A model generated the notes under the pieces. That model ran no database searches. It saw only the letters and a program-made list of their open reading frames with translations, and was not told the DNA's origin. The translations under genes were made by a program, and so were the position numbers. From an uncultured Bacillota bacterium (GTDB taxonomy: Bacteria; Sysuimicrobiota; Sysuimicrobiia; Sysuimicrobiales; Segetimicrobiaceae): a stretch of 64,000 nucleotides of DNA. The stretch is taken from the NCBI GenBank assembly GCA_963804645.1, contig CAWDRG010000009.1:1152001-1216000 (forward strand), read 5' to 3'. Positions 1-9,461 of the stretch are shown here, piece by piece; the stretch's first letter is position 1; every line of letters starts with the position of its first letter.

Positions 1-594
1 CGTGGAGCCGTCGTTGAGGACGACGCCGGTGACGCGCGCGCCCCCGCGCGCAAACCCCGTCACCTCGCGCGTGACGTACCTGGCCCCGAGCGACTGTGCC
101 TTCCGGCGGAACGCCTGCAGCAGGCTGTAGCCGTCGAACCAGCCTTCCCCCGAGAGGCCGAGCGATCCCGCGGCGAGGTCGCCGGTGGTGAGCCACGGGA
201 ACCGGGTGGCAAGCTCGCCCGGGGTCAGCAGCGCCACGTCGACCCCGCGCTCCCGCTGCACGCGGTGGTTTTGTCTGAGGATGGGCGCCCCGGCTGCGGT
301 CGCGAGGAACAGGTAGCCGGGCTCGTTGAGGCCGACATCCGGCCGATCGCCGTCGACGGACAGCTCCGCGCCGGCGCGGCGCAGGAACTCGACGCCGAAC
401 CGGGACAGGTCGATGTTGACGGGGGTCGAGAACTGCTGCCGGATCGCGCTCGCGGAGAGGGCGGAAGACGCCCTCCGGTACGTCGGGTCGCGCTCGACGA
501 CCACGACCTCGCCCGAGAACCCGGGATGGTTCGAGAGAAAATACGCGATGGCGCTCCCGACCACCCCACCACCGACGATGACGACCTTGTGCGT
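1..594 (-). CDS. FAD-dependent oxidoreductase (sarcosine oxidase/DadA/FOXRED1-like), 3' end runs off window
   Basis: Manual translation: (T/M)HKVVIVGGGVVGSAIAYFL...VVVERDPTYRRASSALSASAIRQQFSTPVNIDLS (Rossmann GxGxxG). Missing from the ORF track; no canonical start upstream of the motif (see findings). Confidence 0.8.
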
Positions 595-787
595 CGCGCT
601 CCCTCCCTCGCCCGCGCGCGCGCCCTGCTGAGCCCGCGCCGTGACGTTCTACTACGCACCGCTCGGGCGATCTTCCTCGTCGGACCGCGCCGCCACAAGG
701 GAACGATCGGCGCGGGGATGAAGACGACTCCCGGCCGCGCGCCGGGCTGGCGCGGCCGGGCGCACACCCGCGAAGGGAGCGAGACGC

Positions 788-1318
788 ATGGCGATCGAGC
801 CACTTGAGAAGGCGCAGGCCTCGCCCGCGGCGAGGGCGATCTACGAGGCGATCGAGCGGACCGGGGCGCGGCCGTCCAACTTCATTAAGATGCTGGGGCA
901 CGCGCCCGGGATCCTGACGGCGTTCAACGCGCTCAGCGAGGCGATCTGGGCGGACGGGGCCCTCCCGGCGAAGCTCAAAGAGCTCGTGTACCTGCGCGCC
1001 TCACTCTTGAACGGGTGTTACCGGTGCACGCTGTCCCACACCGCGGGCGCGAGACGGCGCGGCTACACCGACGAGCAGATCGCGGCGCTGAAGGAGCCGC
1101 AGGGCCGGCGGCGGGCGGATCTGTTCAGCCCGGTCGAACTGGCGGTGCTGCGGTTCGCGGACCTGCTGACGACCCGGCCGGGCAACATCGATCCGGTCGA
1201 CCTCGAGGCGCTCGGGCACCACCTCGGGACGGCGCAGATCGTCGAGCTGGTGGCGACGATCGCGACGGCGAACTGGACCAACCGGATCAACGAGGGCCTG
1301 CTGACGCCGCCGGGCTAG
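788..1318 (+). CDS. Carboxymuconolactone decarboxylase / AhpD-like peroxidase family protein
   Basis: LKELVYLRASLLNGCYRCTLSH (E...CxxC..H motif); SD-like GGGAG upstream. Confidence 0.8.
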   Translation: MAIEPLEKAQASPAARAIYEAIERTGARPSNFIKMLGHAPGILTAFNALSEAIWADGALPAKLKELVYLRASLLNGCYRCTLSHTAGARRRGYTDEQIAALKEPQGRRRADLFSPVELAVLRFADLLTTRPGNIDPVDLEALGHHLGTAQIVELVATIATANWTNRINEGLLTPPG

Positions 1319-1334
1319 CCCGGGGACCGCCTCG

Positions 1335-2774
1335 TTGCCGAGCAGCCGCGGGAACCGCCACGAGACGACCGGCCGGGGCGACGGGATCGACGTGCGCCTG
1401 TCGGCTGCGATCGCGCTGGCCAAGACGACGGCGACGCTGAGCCGCGCGCTGCGGCGCGGCGGGGGGACGACGATGCCCGGCCGGGTGGCGCGGGCCATCG
1501 AGCCCCGCGTGGTCGGCCTCCTGTCGCGCCGGCTCCCGCTCGGCACCGTCGTGATCGCCGGCACGAACGGGAAAACGACGACCGCGCACCTGCTGGCCCA
1601 CATCATGCGCGCGCTCGGACACCGGCCGGTCCACAACCGCGCCGGCGCGAACCTCGCGGCGGGGATCGCGTCCGCGCTCGTGGAGCACGCCGATCTGCTC
1701 GGACGCCCCCGGGGCGACCTCGGGATCTTCGAGGTGGATGAGGCGACGGTGCCCCGCGTCGTCGCCGGCCTCGCGCCCCGCGTCGCCGTGTTCCTCAACC
1801 TGTTTCGCGACCAGCTCGACCGGTATGGTGAGATCGACTACATCGCCGGGCGGTGGCGTGAGGCGGGCGCCGGGCTCTCGCCGGACCTCGTGGCCGTCGC
1901 GAACGCGGACGATCCGCTTGTCGTCGACGCGGTGCGCGCGCTCCCGGGCCGGCTGGTGACGTTCGGTCTGGAGGACGAGCGCTACGCGCGGCCGGTCGTC
2001 GAGCACACCGCGGAGGCGCGGTACTGCTACCGGTGCGGCGGGGCGTACGACTACGCGGTCACGTACTTCGGCCACATGGGCCGCTACCGGTGCCCCACCT
2101 GCGGCGTCGCGCGGCCCGCGCCGGACCTCGTCGCGCGCGACCTGACGCTGTTCGGACCGGACGGGGCCGAGTTCACGATCGACGCGGGGGCGGGCGGCGC
2201 CGCGCGCGCGCGGACCGTGCTCCCGGGTCTCTACAACGTGTACAATGTCCTCGCGGCGGTCGCCGCCGCGCTCCAACTGGGGGCGCCGCTCGACCGGGCG
2301 GCCGCGGCGGTGGCCTCGTTCGCGCCTGCGTTCGGCCGGGCCGAGCGGGCGACGGTCGATGGGCGCGAGGTGCGCCTGCTGCTCGTCAAGAATCCGGCCG
2401 GGTTCAACGAGGTGCTGCGGAGCGTGCTGGCCGAGGGACCCCTGCCGGTCGTGCTGATCGCGATCAACGACCTGACGGCCGACGGCCGGGACGTATCGTG
2501 GCTGTGGGACGTGGACGCCGAAATGCTCGCCGGCCGGGTGGGCCGCGTCCTCGTGACGGGGATTCGCGCGGAGGACATGGCGCTGCGGCTGGAGTACGCC
2601 GGCGTGCCGGCGGAGGCGATTGAGGTGGAGCACGGCTACGACGCGGCGCTGCGCCGGGCGCTGGCGCTCGCCACGTCCGGACGGCTGTACGTGCTGCCGA
2701 CGTACACGGCGATGCTCGCGCTCCGGGGCGTGCTGCAGCGGTGGGGGGCGGTGAAGGGCTTTTGGGAGACGTGA
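1335..2774 (+). CDS. murT: Lipid II isoglutaminyl synthase subunit MurT (Mur ligase + DUF1727)
   Basis: GTNGKTTT, EVDE, NLFRDQLDRYGE, CxxC..CxxC, KNPAGFN and DGRDVSWLWD motifs; start uncertain. Confidence 0.9.
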   Translation: MPSSRGNRHETTGRGDGIDVRLSAAIALAKTTATLSRALRRGGGTTMPGRVARAIEPRVVGLLSRRLPLGTVVIAGTNGKTTTAHLLAHIMRALGHRPVHNRAGANLAAGIASALVEHADLLGRPRGDLGIFEVDEATVPRVVAGLAPRVAVFLNLFRDQLDRYGEIDYIAGRWREAGAGLSPDLVAVANADDPLVVDAVRALPGRLVTFGLEDERYARPVVEHTAEARYCYRCGGAYDYAVTYFGHMGRYRCPTCGVARPAPDLVARDLTLFGPDGAEFTIDAGAGGAARARTVLPGLYNVYNVLAAVAAALQLGAPLDRAAAAVASFAPAFGRAERATVDGREVRLLLVKNPAGFNEVLRSVLAEGPLPVVLIAINDLTADGRDVSWLWDVDAEMLAGRVGRVLVTGIRAEDMALRLEYAGVPAEAIEVEHGYDAALRRALALATSGRLYVLPTYTAMLALRGVLQRWGAVKGFWET

Positions 2775-3523
2775 CGCCGACCCTGCGCATCTGCCATCTC
2801 TACCCCGATCTCCTGAACCTGTACGGGGACCGTGGCAACATCATCGTGCTCACCACCCGCGCGCGGCGGCGCGGCATCGCGGTCAGCGTGGTCGAGGTCG
2901 GCCTCGGCGACGCGATCGCGCCCGACGGCGCCGATCTGTACTTCATCGGGGGCGGGGAGGACCGCCAGCAGCGCATCGCCTCCGAGGACCTGCTGCGCCT
3001 GAAGCGGGGTCCGCTCGCGGAGGCGGCCGCCGGGGGCGCCGTCGTGCTCGCGGTGTGCGGAGGCTATCAGCTCGTCGGACGGTTCTACCGGCCGGCGGAG
3101 GGCGAGGATCTGCCGGGGCTCGCCCTGCTGGATGTGTGGTCGGAGCACGCCGGTCCCAACACGCCGCGCCTGATCGGTAATCTCGTGATTCAGCCGGACG
3201 GCGATGCGCCCGTGATGGTCGGATTCGAAAACCACGGCGGCCGCACGTATCTCGGCCCCGGCGCCCGGCCCCTCGGCCGGGTCGTGTCGGGATTCGGCAA
3301 CAACGGGCGGGACGGGTGGGAGGGCGCGGTCTCCGGCCACGTGTACGGGACGTACTTGCACGGCCCGCTACTGCCGAAGAACCCCGCGTTCGCCGACCGC
3401 CTGATCCGCGAAGCGCTCGCCCGCCGGCAGCCCGAGATCGTGCTCGCGCCGCTTGCGGACGCGCTCGAGGCGCGGGCCCGCGAGGCGGTGCTGTCGCGCG
3501 TGCGTCGGCCCCAGTCGGCATGA
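2771..3523 (+). CDS. gatD: GatD, CobQ-like glutamine amidotransferase
   Basis: HLYPDLLNLYGDRGN, AVCGGYQ, GFENHGGRT, YLHGPLLPKNP; GTGA overlap with the murT stop. Confidence 0.9.
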   Translation: MTPTLRICHLYPDLLNLYGDRGNIIVLTTRARRRGIAVSVVEVGLGDAIAPDGADLYFIGGGEDRQQRIASEDLLRLKRGPLAEAAAGGAVVLAVCGGYQLVGRFYRPAEGEDLPGLALLDVWSEHAGPNTPRLIGNLVIQPDGDAPVMVGFENHGGRTYLGPGARPLGRVVSGFGNNGRDGWEGAVSGHVYGTYLHGPLLPKNPAFADRLIREALARRQPEIVLAPLADALEARAREAVLSRVRRPQSA

Positions 3524-5109
3524 GCCGGGGGACCACCCGCCCGCTGGTCGCGATCGCGGCGGTGGTGGGACTCGCCGAGCTGGGCTTCGCGACCGTGATC
3601 CCGCTGCTGCCGCTGTACCTCAAGGAACGGCTTGGAGCCAGTGCCACCCTGGTCGGCGTCGTCGTCGCCGCGTTCGCCGCGGTCGAGACCGTGTGCAAGA
3701 CGACGTGGGGCCACGTGGCCGACCGTATCGGACGCCGCCCGGTCGTGGTGGGGGGCCTCGTGCTGGCCAGCGCCGCGCCGATCGTGATGACCGTGCTGCG
3801 CGTGCCCTGGCTGTTCGTGCCGCTGCGCCTGGTGGACGGGACCGGCAGCGCCGCGCTCTGGCCCGCGACCGCGGCCGCGATCGTCGACCGGACCGCTGCG
3901 AACCGCCGTGCGACCGGGATGGGCACGCTCAACATGTTTTTCCTCTCGGGGCTGGCGCTGGGGCCGAGCCTCGGGTTGTTCGTCTCGGGGGCGTTCGGCA
4001 GCTACCGGGCCGGGTTCTATCTCGCGAGCGGGCTGCTGCTCGCCGCCGCCGGACTCGCGTCGCTCGTGCTCGGGGACGAGCGCGCCGCCCCGGCCGAGAC
4101 CTCCGGCGGCACCCCGGTACCCGGGCGCGGCGCGAGCGCATGGCGCAGCGTCGTCGGCACCGTGCGGGCATCGCCGCAGCTCAGCGCGATGCTCGCGGTC
4201 TCGTTCGTCCAGATGATCGGCGTGGGGCTGCTCGCGCCGATCCTGGTGATCTACGCGCACGAAGTGGTCGGGCTCAGCGATCAGATGATCGGCGCGGTGT
4301 TCTTGGTCGTGGTGCTCGCCGTGGCGGCCGGGTCGATTCCCGGCGGGCGGCTCGCCGATCGCGTCGGCCGGGCCAGGACCGTGGTGTGGGGGATGACCAT
4401 GGCGAGCGCCGGCATGTGGCTCCTGCCGGCAGCGGGGCGGGGCAACCTGATCGTCCTGGGCGTCGCGGCGGCGCTGCTCGGCGCGAGCTATGCGCTGTCG
4501 TCTCCGGCGTGGCTGGCGCTGATGAGCGAGGCCGCGCCCCCGGGCCGCACCGGGATGGTGATGGGCGCGTCCGAGACGGCGCAGGGCGCCGGTCTCATCC
4601 TCGGGCCCGCGTTCGGCGGCGCGCTGTACGATCGCTTCGGCCCGCCGGCGCCGTTTCTGGCGAGTGCGCTGCTGCTCACGGCCGGCACCGCGCTCGCGAT
4701 CCGGGCGCGGTCGCGCGCCGAGCGTCGGCGCGATCAGACGGCCGCGACCGGCCGGGACACGACGAGGGGGGTGGAGGCGATGAGTGACACCGCGAACGTC
4801 AAGCGGGGCAGCGTCCTCGGCGCGATGGGGTGGATGTTTCTGATCTCGATCCTGCTCTTCTGGCTGCCGGTGATCGGGCCGCTGATCGCGGGCATCGTCG
4901 GCGGCAGGAAGGCTGGGAGCGTCGGGAATGCGATCCTGGCGGTCATCCTTCCGGTGATCTTCCTCGGCGCCATGCTCCTGTTTTTCGGGGCCGCGCTCAC
5001 CGGGATCCCGCTGCTGGGCGCGCTCGTCGGCGTCGGCGCCGCCGCCCTGATCCTGCTGCACGACGGGCCGCTGCTGCTGGGCGCGATTATCGGGGGCTTG
5101 GTGGCGTAG
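3520..5109 (+). CDS. MFS transporter running in-frame into a small membrane-protein domain
   Basis: About 12 hydrophobic segments with GHVADRIGRR and GRLADRVGR motifs; ATGA overlap with gatD; no stop before 5109. Confidence 0.75.
   Translation: MSRGTTRPLVAIAAVVGLAELGFATVIPLLPLYLKERLGASATLVGVVVAAFAAVETVCKTTWGHVADRIGRRPVVVGGLVLASAAPIVMTVLRVPWLFVPLRLVDGTGSAALWPATAAAIVDRTAANRRATGMGTLNMFFLSGLALGPSLGLFVSGAFGSYRAGFYLASGLLLAAAGLASLVLGDERAAPAETSGGTPVPGRGASAWRSVVGTVRASPQLSAMLAVSFVQMIGVGLLAPILVIYAHEVVGLSDQMIGAVFLVVVLAVAAGSIPGGRLADRVGRARTVVWGMTMASAGMWLLPAAGRGNLIVLGVAAALLGASYALSSPAWLALMSEAAPPGRTGMVMGASETAQGAGLILGPAFGGALYDRFGPPAPFLASALLLTAGTALAIRARSRAERRRDQTAATGRDTTRGVEAMSDTANVKRGSVLGAMGWMFLISILLFWLPVIGPLIAGIVGGRKAGSVGNAILAVILPVIFLGAMLLFFGAALTGIPLLGALVGVGAAALILLHDGPLLLGAIIGGLVA
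4780..5109 (+). CDS. Small 3-4 TM membrane protein with its own RBS, in frame with the MFS gene
   Basis: GGAGG just upstream of the ATG at 4780; WLPVIGPLIAGIVGGRKAG hydrophobic Gly-rich sequence. Confidence 0.55.
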   Translation: MSDTANVKRGSVLGAMGWMFLISILLFWLPVIGPLIAGIVGGRKAGSVGNAILAVILPVIFLGAMLLFFGAALTGIPLLGALVGVGAAALILLHDGPLLLGAIIGGLVA

Positions 5110-5428
5110 TTCCGAGCTTTCCGACGAACGCCCACAGTCCGGTCCGGCGCAGCAGGCGCACCACCACAAGGACGAGGCAGAAGCTGAGGACCGACACGGC
5201 GCCGCAGATCTCCGCCGCGGGCCGGACGTTGGGGACGCCGGCGAGCGACAGGATGCCGAGGACGACGAACAATCCGAGCGTCGACCAGGCGAGGAGCAGC
5301 GCGGCGCCGCAGGCGCTGATGCCGACGATGGCTTCCAGCGCGAGGCGCCGCGCGCCCGCGGTGACGAAGAGCGTCCGCGCGCGGCTGAGCAGCGTGATCA
5401 CCCAGAGGATGCGGAACAACGTGACCAT
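5087..5428 (-). CDS. Hypothetical membrane protein
   Basis: 113 aa with 2-3 hydrophobic segments; fills the gap. Confidence 0.5.
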   Translation of the reverse strand: MVTLFRILWVITLLSRARTLFVTAGARRLALEAIVGISACGAALLLAWSTLGLFVVLGILSLAGVPNVRPAAEICGAVSVLSFCLVLVVVRLLRRTGLWAFVGKLGTTPPSPR

Positions 5429-5619
5429 CGCACGACCCGTGGCGCGTTGATCGGCGAGCGTCGACCCGGTGCGCCCGCACTCCTGATGATACCGCTCGGG
5501 CGGGCGGCGTTCCTCCGGGAGCGCGCGGCGTCCGTTCGAGCCGGGCGTCCGGTCCCTGCGCCCGCGCGCCTCGTGTCCCGCGGTGACCGCCGCCGCTCAG
5601 GCCCGGCGGAACGACCGCG

Positions 5620-5937
5620 CTACGCCCCGTTGTGCACCGCGTCGCCGTCGACGATGCCGCGCAGGTAGGCGACGTACCCGTCGAACGCTTTTCGGCCGGC
5701 GCGGGTCATCGTGACGCGCGTGCGCGGCTTCTTGCCGACGAAATCCTTCTCGACCGCGACGTACCCGGCGCGCTCGAGCGCCGTGATGTGGGCGCCGAGA
5801 TTGCCCTCGGTCGCGTCCACGATTGACCGCAATCTGACGAACTCGATCTGTTCGCCGACCGGCAGCGCCCGAAGGGTCGCCATGATCCTGAGCCGGACCG
5901 GTTGATGAATGATTTCGTCGAGGCGCGCGACGGTCAT
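5620..5937 (-). CDS. Winged-helix (ArsR/MarR-like, HTH_34) transcriptional regulator
   Basis: LDEIIHQPVRLRIM...TEGNLGAHITALERAGYV...KKPRT; ATGA overlap with the upstream gene. Confidence 0.85.
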   Translation of the reverse strand: MTVARLDEIIHQPVRLRIMATLRALPVGEQIEFVRLRSIVDATEGNLGAHITALERAGYVAVEKDFVGKKPRTRVTMTRAGRKAFDGYVAYLRGIVDGDAVHNGA

Positions 5938-6647
5938 ACGCGCCGCATCCACACGCCCACGAGCAGGAGGGAGCCGCAGAGGACTGCGGCGATCCACAGC
6001 GCGACGTGGTCATGGACCGTGAACGAGACGGCGAGCGTCAGCATCGCGGTGCCCACCCCGGCGGCGGCGTACCGGCCCCGTCCCGCGTAGACGCCCCACA
6101 GCACGAACACCGTAGCCAGGAGGAGCGGCGCGGAGGCCCAGGCTACCCGCTCGGGTACCCGGGCCATGAGGGCGAACAGGCCGGCGTACGAGAGCGCGAC
6201 GGCCGCGAAGATCGCCCAGATTTGCCACCCGCCGGCCACCGCGCGTCCCGACGCACGGGTGATGGCGATGCTGGCTCCAATGCCAACCGTGGTCGCGAGC
6301 CAGAACGCGGCGTTGGCGTGGCGTGGATCGAGTCCGGCCGCCCGATAGCCGATCGCGTAGCACACCAGAAACAGCAGGGCCGTCGTGGCGAAGTCGCGCC
6401 ACGTGAACGCGGTCCGGCCGACCCTCGGGGCAAGACAGGCGGCGAACCCAATAGAGTCCACCGCGCCCCACACGACGAACCACTGCATGGGAAACAGCTG
6501 TTCCAGCGCATAGCCCGCGATCGCCAGGATTCCCCACATGATCCAGTACGGCGTGGTCGCCTGATACCCATAGAGTGCCGAGCTGCGCGCCTGTGCGCGC
6601 GAGAGATCCTGAAGCGTCGTGGCCGCCTCTTCCCGTGAGACCGACAT
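5934..6647 (-). CDS. Integral membrane protein co-transcribed with the wHTH regulator
   Basis: About 8 hydrophobic segments; GGAGG SD. Confidence 0.75.
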   Translation of the reverse strand: MSVSREEAATTLQDLSRAQARSSALYGYQATTPYWIMWGILAIAGYALEQLFPMQWFVVWGAVDSIGFAACLAPRVGRTAFTWRDFATTALLFLVCYAIGYRAAGLDPRHANAAFWLATTVGIGASIAITRASGRAVAGGWQIWAIFAAVALSYAGLFALMARVPERVAWASAPLLLATVFVLWGVYAGRGRYAAAGVGTAMLTLAVSFTVHDHVALWIAAVLCGSLLLVGVWMRRV

Positions 6648-6682
6648 CGGCGTCCCTCCGTGGCCCGTGGTCCGGTTTCTTT

Positions 6683-6725
6683 CTTGACACAGATAACTCT
6701 ATACGACAGAGTAATCTGTGTCAAG
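6683..6725 (-). promoter_or_regulatory. Sigma70-type promoter embedded in an 18-bp-arm inverted repeat (probable operator)
   Basis: CTTGACACAGATAACTCT-N7-AGAGTAATCTGTGTCAAG (17/18 arm match); minus strand reads TTGACA-N17-TAGAGT. Confidence 0.7.
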
Positions 6726-6808
6726 GGGTATTTGCAGAGGAGATGCTACCGGGCTGTCGGCGGCCGTGACGGATGCGCCAGCCTAGGCGGGGCGTGCGGC
6801 GGTGCGGC

Positions 6809-7708
6809 TCAGCCCGACACGGGGAACGGCAGCAGCCACGCGAGGGCGAGCAGCAGGCCGAACAGCTGGTGCAGTCGGGCGGTGTTTCGCAGCGCCCCGA
6901 ACGTCAGGACCCTCGGGTCCGTTTCGACGCGTACGAGCCTCCAGGCATCGGCGGCGAGCGGCAAGGTCGCGAAGACGAGGAGCGCAAGCAGCGGGAGGTG
7001 GCCGAGCAGCACGCCCGCGATGACCGCGACGTAGGCGCCGGCGAGGCACAGCGCGTATTCGGCGCGGGTGCCGGCAGGGCCGAGGGTCGTCGCGAGCGTG
7101 CGCTTGCCCCTGGCGCGATCTCCCGAGAGATCGCGGAGGTTGTTGACGACGAGAATCGCCGTGACGAGCGCCCCGACCGGAAGCGACGACCACAGCGCCC
7201 CGGTCGACACGCCGTGCGTCTGCACGTAGTAGGCGCCGAGGACGATCACCGGCCCCATGAAGAGAAACACCACCAGGTCGCCGAGCCCCATGTACCCGAA
7301 CGGCACCGGGCCGCCCGTGTACGTGTAGCCCGCCAGCACGCTCAGCACGCCGATGACGAGGATCGGCCACCCGGCCGCGACGACGAGCACCAGGCCGAGC
7401 ACGCTCCCCAACCCGAGCAGCGCGAGGCCGCCGGCGCGCACGGCGTCCGGCGAGAGCAGGCCCCGCTGGATCGCGCCGCCCGGGCCGATTGACTCGGGGG
7501 TGTCCACGCCGCGGACGTGGTCGTAGTAGTCGTTGATCATGTTGGTGCCGGCATGAATCGCGACGGACGCCACGAGCGTGACGGCGAACAGCAGCGGTGA
7601 GAACTGGCCCGTGCGGGCCGCGACGGCCGACCCGACGATGACCGGCGTCGCCGAGGCGGTGAACGAGTACGGGCGGGTCGCGCGCCACCACGTGGCGAGC
7701 GTCTTCAC
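6809..7708 (-). CDS. menA: 1,4-dihydroxy-2-naphthoate prenyltransferase (UbiA family)
   Basis: ATRPYSF, NMINDYYDHVRGVD, YTGGPVPFGYMGLGD, NNLRDLSGDRARGKRTLA. Confidence 0.9.
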   Translation of the reverse strand: MKTLATWWRATRPYSFTASATPVIVGSAVAARTGQFSPLLFAVTLVASVAIHAGTNMINDYYDHVRGVDTPESIGPGGAIQRGLLSPDAVRAGGLALLGLGSVLGLVLVVAAGWPILVIGVLSVLAGYTYTGGPVPFGYMGLGDLVVFLFMGPVIVLGAYYVQTHGVSTGALWSSLPVGALVTAILVVNNLRDLSGDRARGKRTLATTLGPAGTRAEYALCLAGAYVAVIAGVLLGHLPLLALLVFATLPLAADAWRLVRVETDPRVLTFGALRNTARLHQLFGLLLALAWLLPFPVSG

Positions 7709-7942
7709 GACCGGGCCCGCGCGCGGCGTGCGGACCGGCGCCCATGCGGCGCGGCAGCCGAGTGCGCCGAGGCGGGAGACGAGCGGGGTGGGATGCCGGG
7801 CGTCGATCCGGTGGGCGCGCGATCGTGGGAGCTCCGCATCTCGTCGCCGCTGGTTTGGCGCCGGTGCGGCGGGTTCCTGCCGATGGCCGGGCCTCGCCCG
7901 CCGGGGGGCGTGGCCCGGCGTAAGATGATACTCTAGCACCTG

Positions 7943-8212
7943 ATGGATCAACTCCAGCAGTTAGGGGATCCGGCGACGCTGCTGCGGCAGATATTCACCC
8001 CCACGGTGCTCGTGTGGGCGTTGATCGGGACGGTCGTCAGCGGCGTCGGCTTCGCCGCCTATCGACGCGGGAAGAAATCGAAGCGGCGGGTGCTGGTGTG
8101 GGGCGGCGTCGCCCTCATGGTCTACCCGTACGTCGTGTACGATCCCATCGCGATGATCGCGCTGGGCGCCGCGATCTGCCTCGGGATGGTGGCGCTCCGA
8201 GACGCGCTGTAA
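7943..8212 (+). CDS. Small membrane protein (GGVxLMVYPY family)
   Basis: 3 hydrophobic segments; paralog of the convergent neighbour. Confidence 0.7.
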   Translation: MDQLQQLGDPATLLRQIFTPTVLVWALIGTVVSGVGFAAYRRGKKSKRRVLVWGGVALMVYPYVVYDPIAMIALGAAICLGMVALRDAL

Positions 8213-8248
8213 GGGGATCCCGGGCGGCCGGGCCGCAAATCGGGGGAG

Positions 8249-8452
8249 TCAGTCTAGGGCGTCGCGCAGGAAGATGATCGCGAAGATCAGCACGGCGCCG
8301 ATTACCGCCAGCGCGGCTGCGCTCGGGACGAAATAGGGGTAGACCATGAGGACGACGCCTCCGAATACGGGAACGAGGCGGTCGGTTTTCTTCCCGTAGG
8401 CGAACGCCGCCATACCAATGAGGCTCAGGAAGAAATTTAGCGCGAGCGCCAT
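8249..8452 (-). CDS. Small membrane protein (GGVxLMVYPY family)
   Basis: MALALNFFLSLIGMAAFAYGKK...GGVVLMVYPYFV; start uncertain. Confidence 0.7.
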   Translation of the reverse strand: MALALNFFLSLIGMAAFAYGKKTDRLVPVFGGVVLMVYPYFVPSAAALAVIGAVLIFAIIFLRDALD

Positions 8453-8550
8453 GACACGCCACGCCGGCGGGTGCGCGGGCGGGATTTCTTCCGCCCGCGG
8501 CCAATCTCTCCCGCGAGGCGATAGATGCTGCATGAAGAGAGGCGGATCAT

Positions 8551-9342
8551 ATGATCGTTGTGCCCAGAGCCACCATCGCTCGGACGTGTCGGGTCGGCGC
8601 GGCGTGGCTGGCGGTGTGCGCGGTGTTGCTCCTGATCCCGGTCAGCGCGGCGCAGGCGGATTCGGACGCCCTGTGGAACATCCTCCACAACCTGTGCGTG
8701 CCCGACGAGCAGCAGCACGGGAATCCGGCTCCGTGCGCGGTGGTCAACCTCAGCGGCGGAGAACAGCACGGCTACGTCCTGTTGAAGGACATCGCCGGCG
8801 CCACGCAGTTCCTGCTGATGCCGACGGCAAAGATTACGGGCATTGAGAGTCCCGCCATTCTCGCCCCGGACGCGACGAACTACTTCGCGATCGCCTGGCA
8901 GTCGCGCACCTACGTCGAGGCGATCGTCCAACAGACCATGCCGCGGAACGACATCAGCCTGGCCGTCAACTCGGTGTACGGCCGTTCGCAGAACCAGCTC
9001 CACATCCACATTGACTGCGTGCGTTCGGACGTCCGCAACGCGCTGCGCGCGGCCGAGCCGACGATCCGCGGAGCCTGGGCGCCCCTCGGCGTGGCGCTTG
9101 AGGGCCACCAGTATTTGGCGATGAAAGTGGAGGGCGCGCAGTTGCAGGTCAATCCCTTCAAGCTGCTTGCGGACGGCGTGCCGGGGGCGCGGGACGCGAT
9201 GGGGTACCAAACGCTCGTCGTCGTCGGTGCCACGTTCTCCAACGGCCACGACGGCTTCATTCTCCTTGACGACCGTGCCAACGCGGCGACCGGGGACACT
9301 GGGAGCGGCGAGGAGCTTCAGGATCACACCTGCACGTTATGA
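8551..9342 (+). CDS. cdh: CDP-diacylglycerol diphosphatase
   Basis: N-terminal signal; LW..C.P, QFLLMPT..ITGIESP, AVNS.YGRSQNQLHIHIDC, GEELQDH.C. Confidence 0.9.
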   Translation: MIVVPRATIARTCRVGAAWLAVCAVLLLIPVSAAQADSDALWNILHNLCVPDEQQHGNPAPCAVVNLSGGEQHGYVLLKDIAGATQFLLMPTAKITGIESPAILAPDATNYFAIAWQSRTYVEAIVQQTMPRNDISLAVNSVYGRSQNQLHIHIDCVRSDVRNALRAAEPTIRGAWAPLGVALEGHQYLAMKVEGAQLQVNPFKLLADGVPGARDAMGYQTLVVVGATFSNGHDGFILLDDRANAATGDTGSGEELQDHTCTL

Positions 9343-9461
9343 TGCGGCGGCCGCAGTCGCCGCCGGGTTGTCTGGAACGGATCGTGGCGTGAGGGCGTGC
9401 ATGCGCATCTTGACGCGGGGCGGTATGCGCACCGTGCACAGACGCTGGTCGTGATCGGGTG

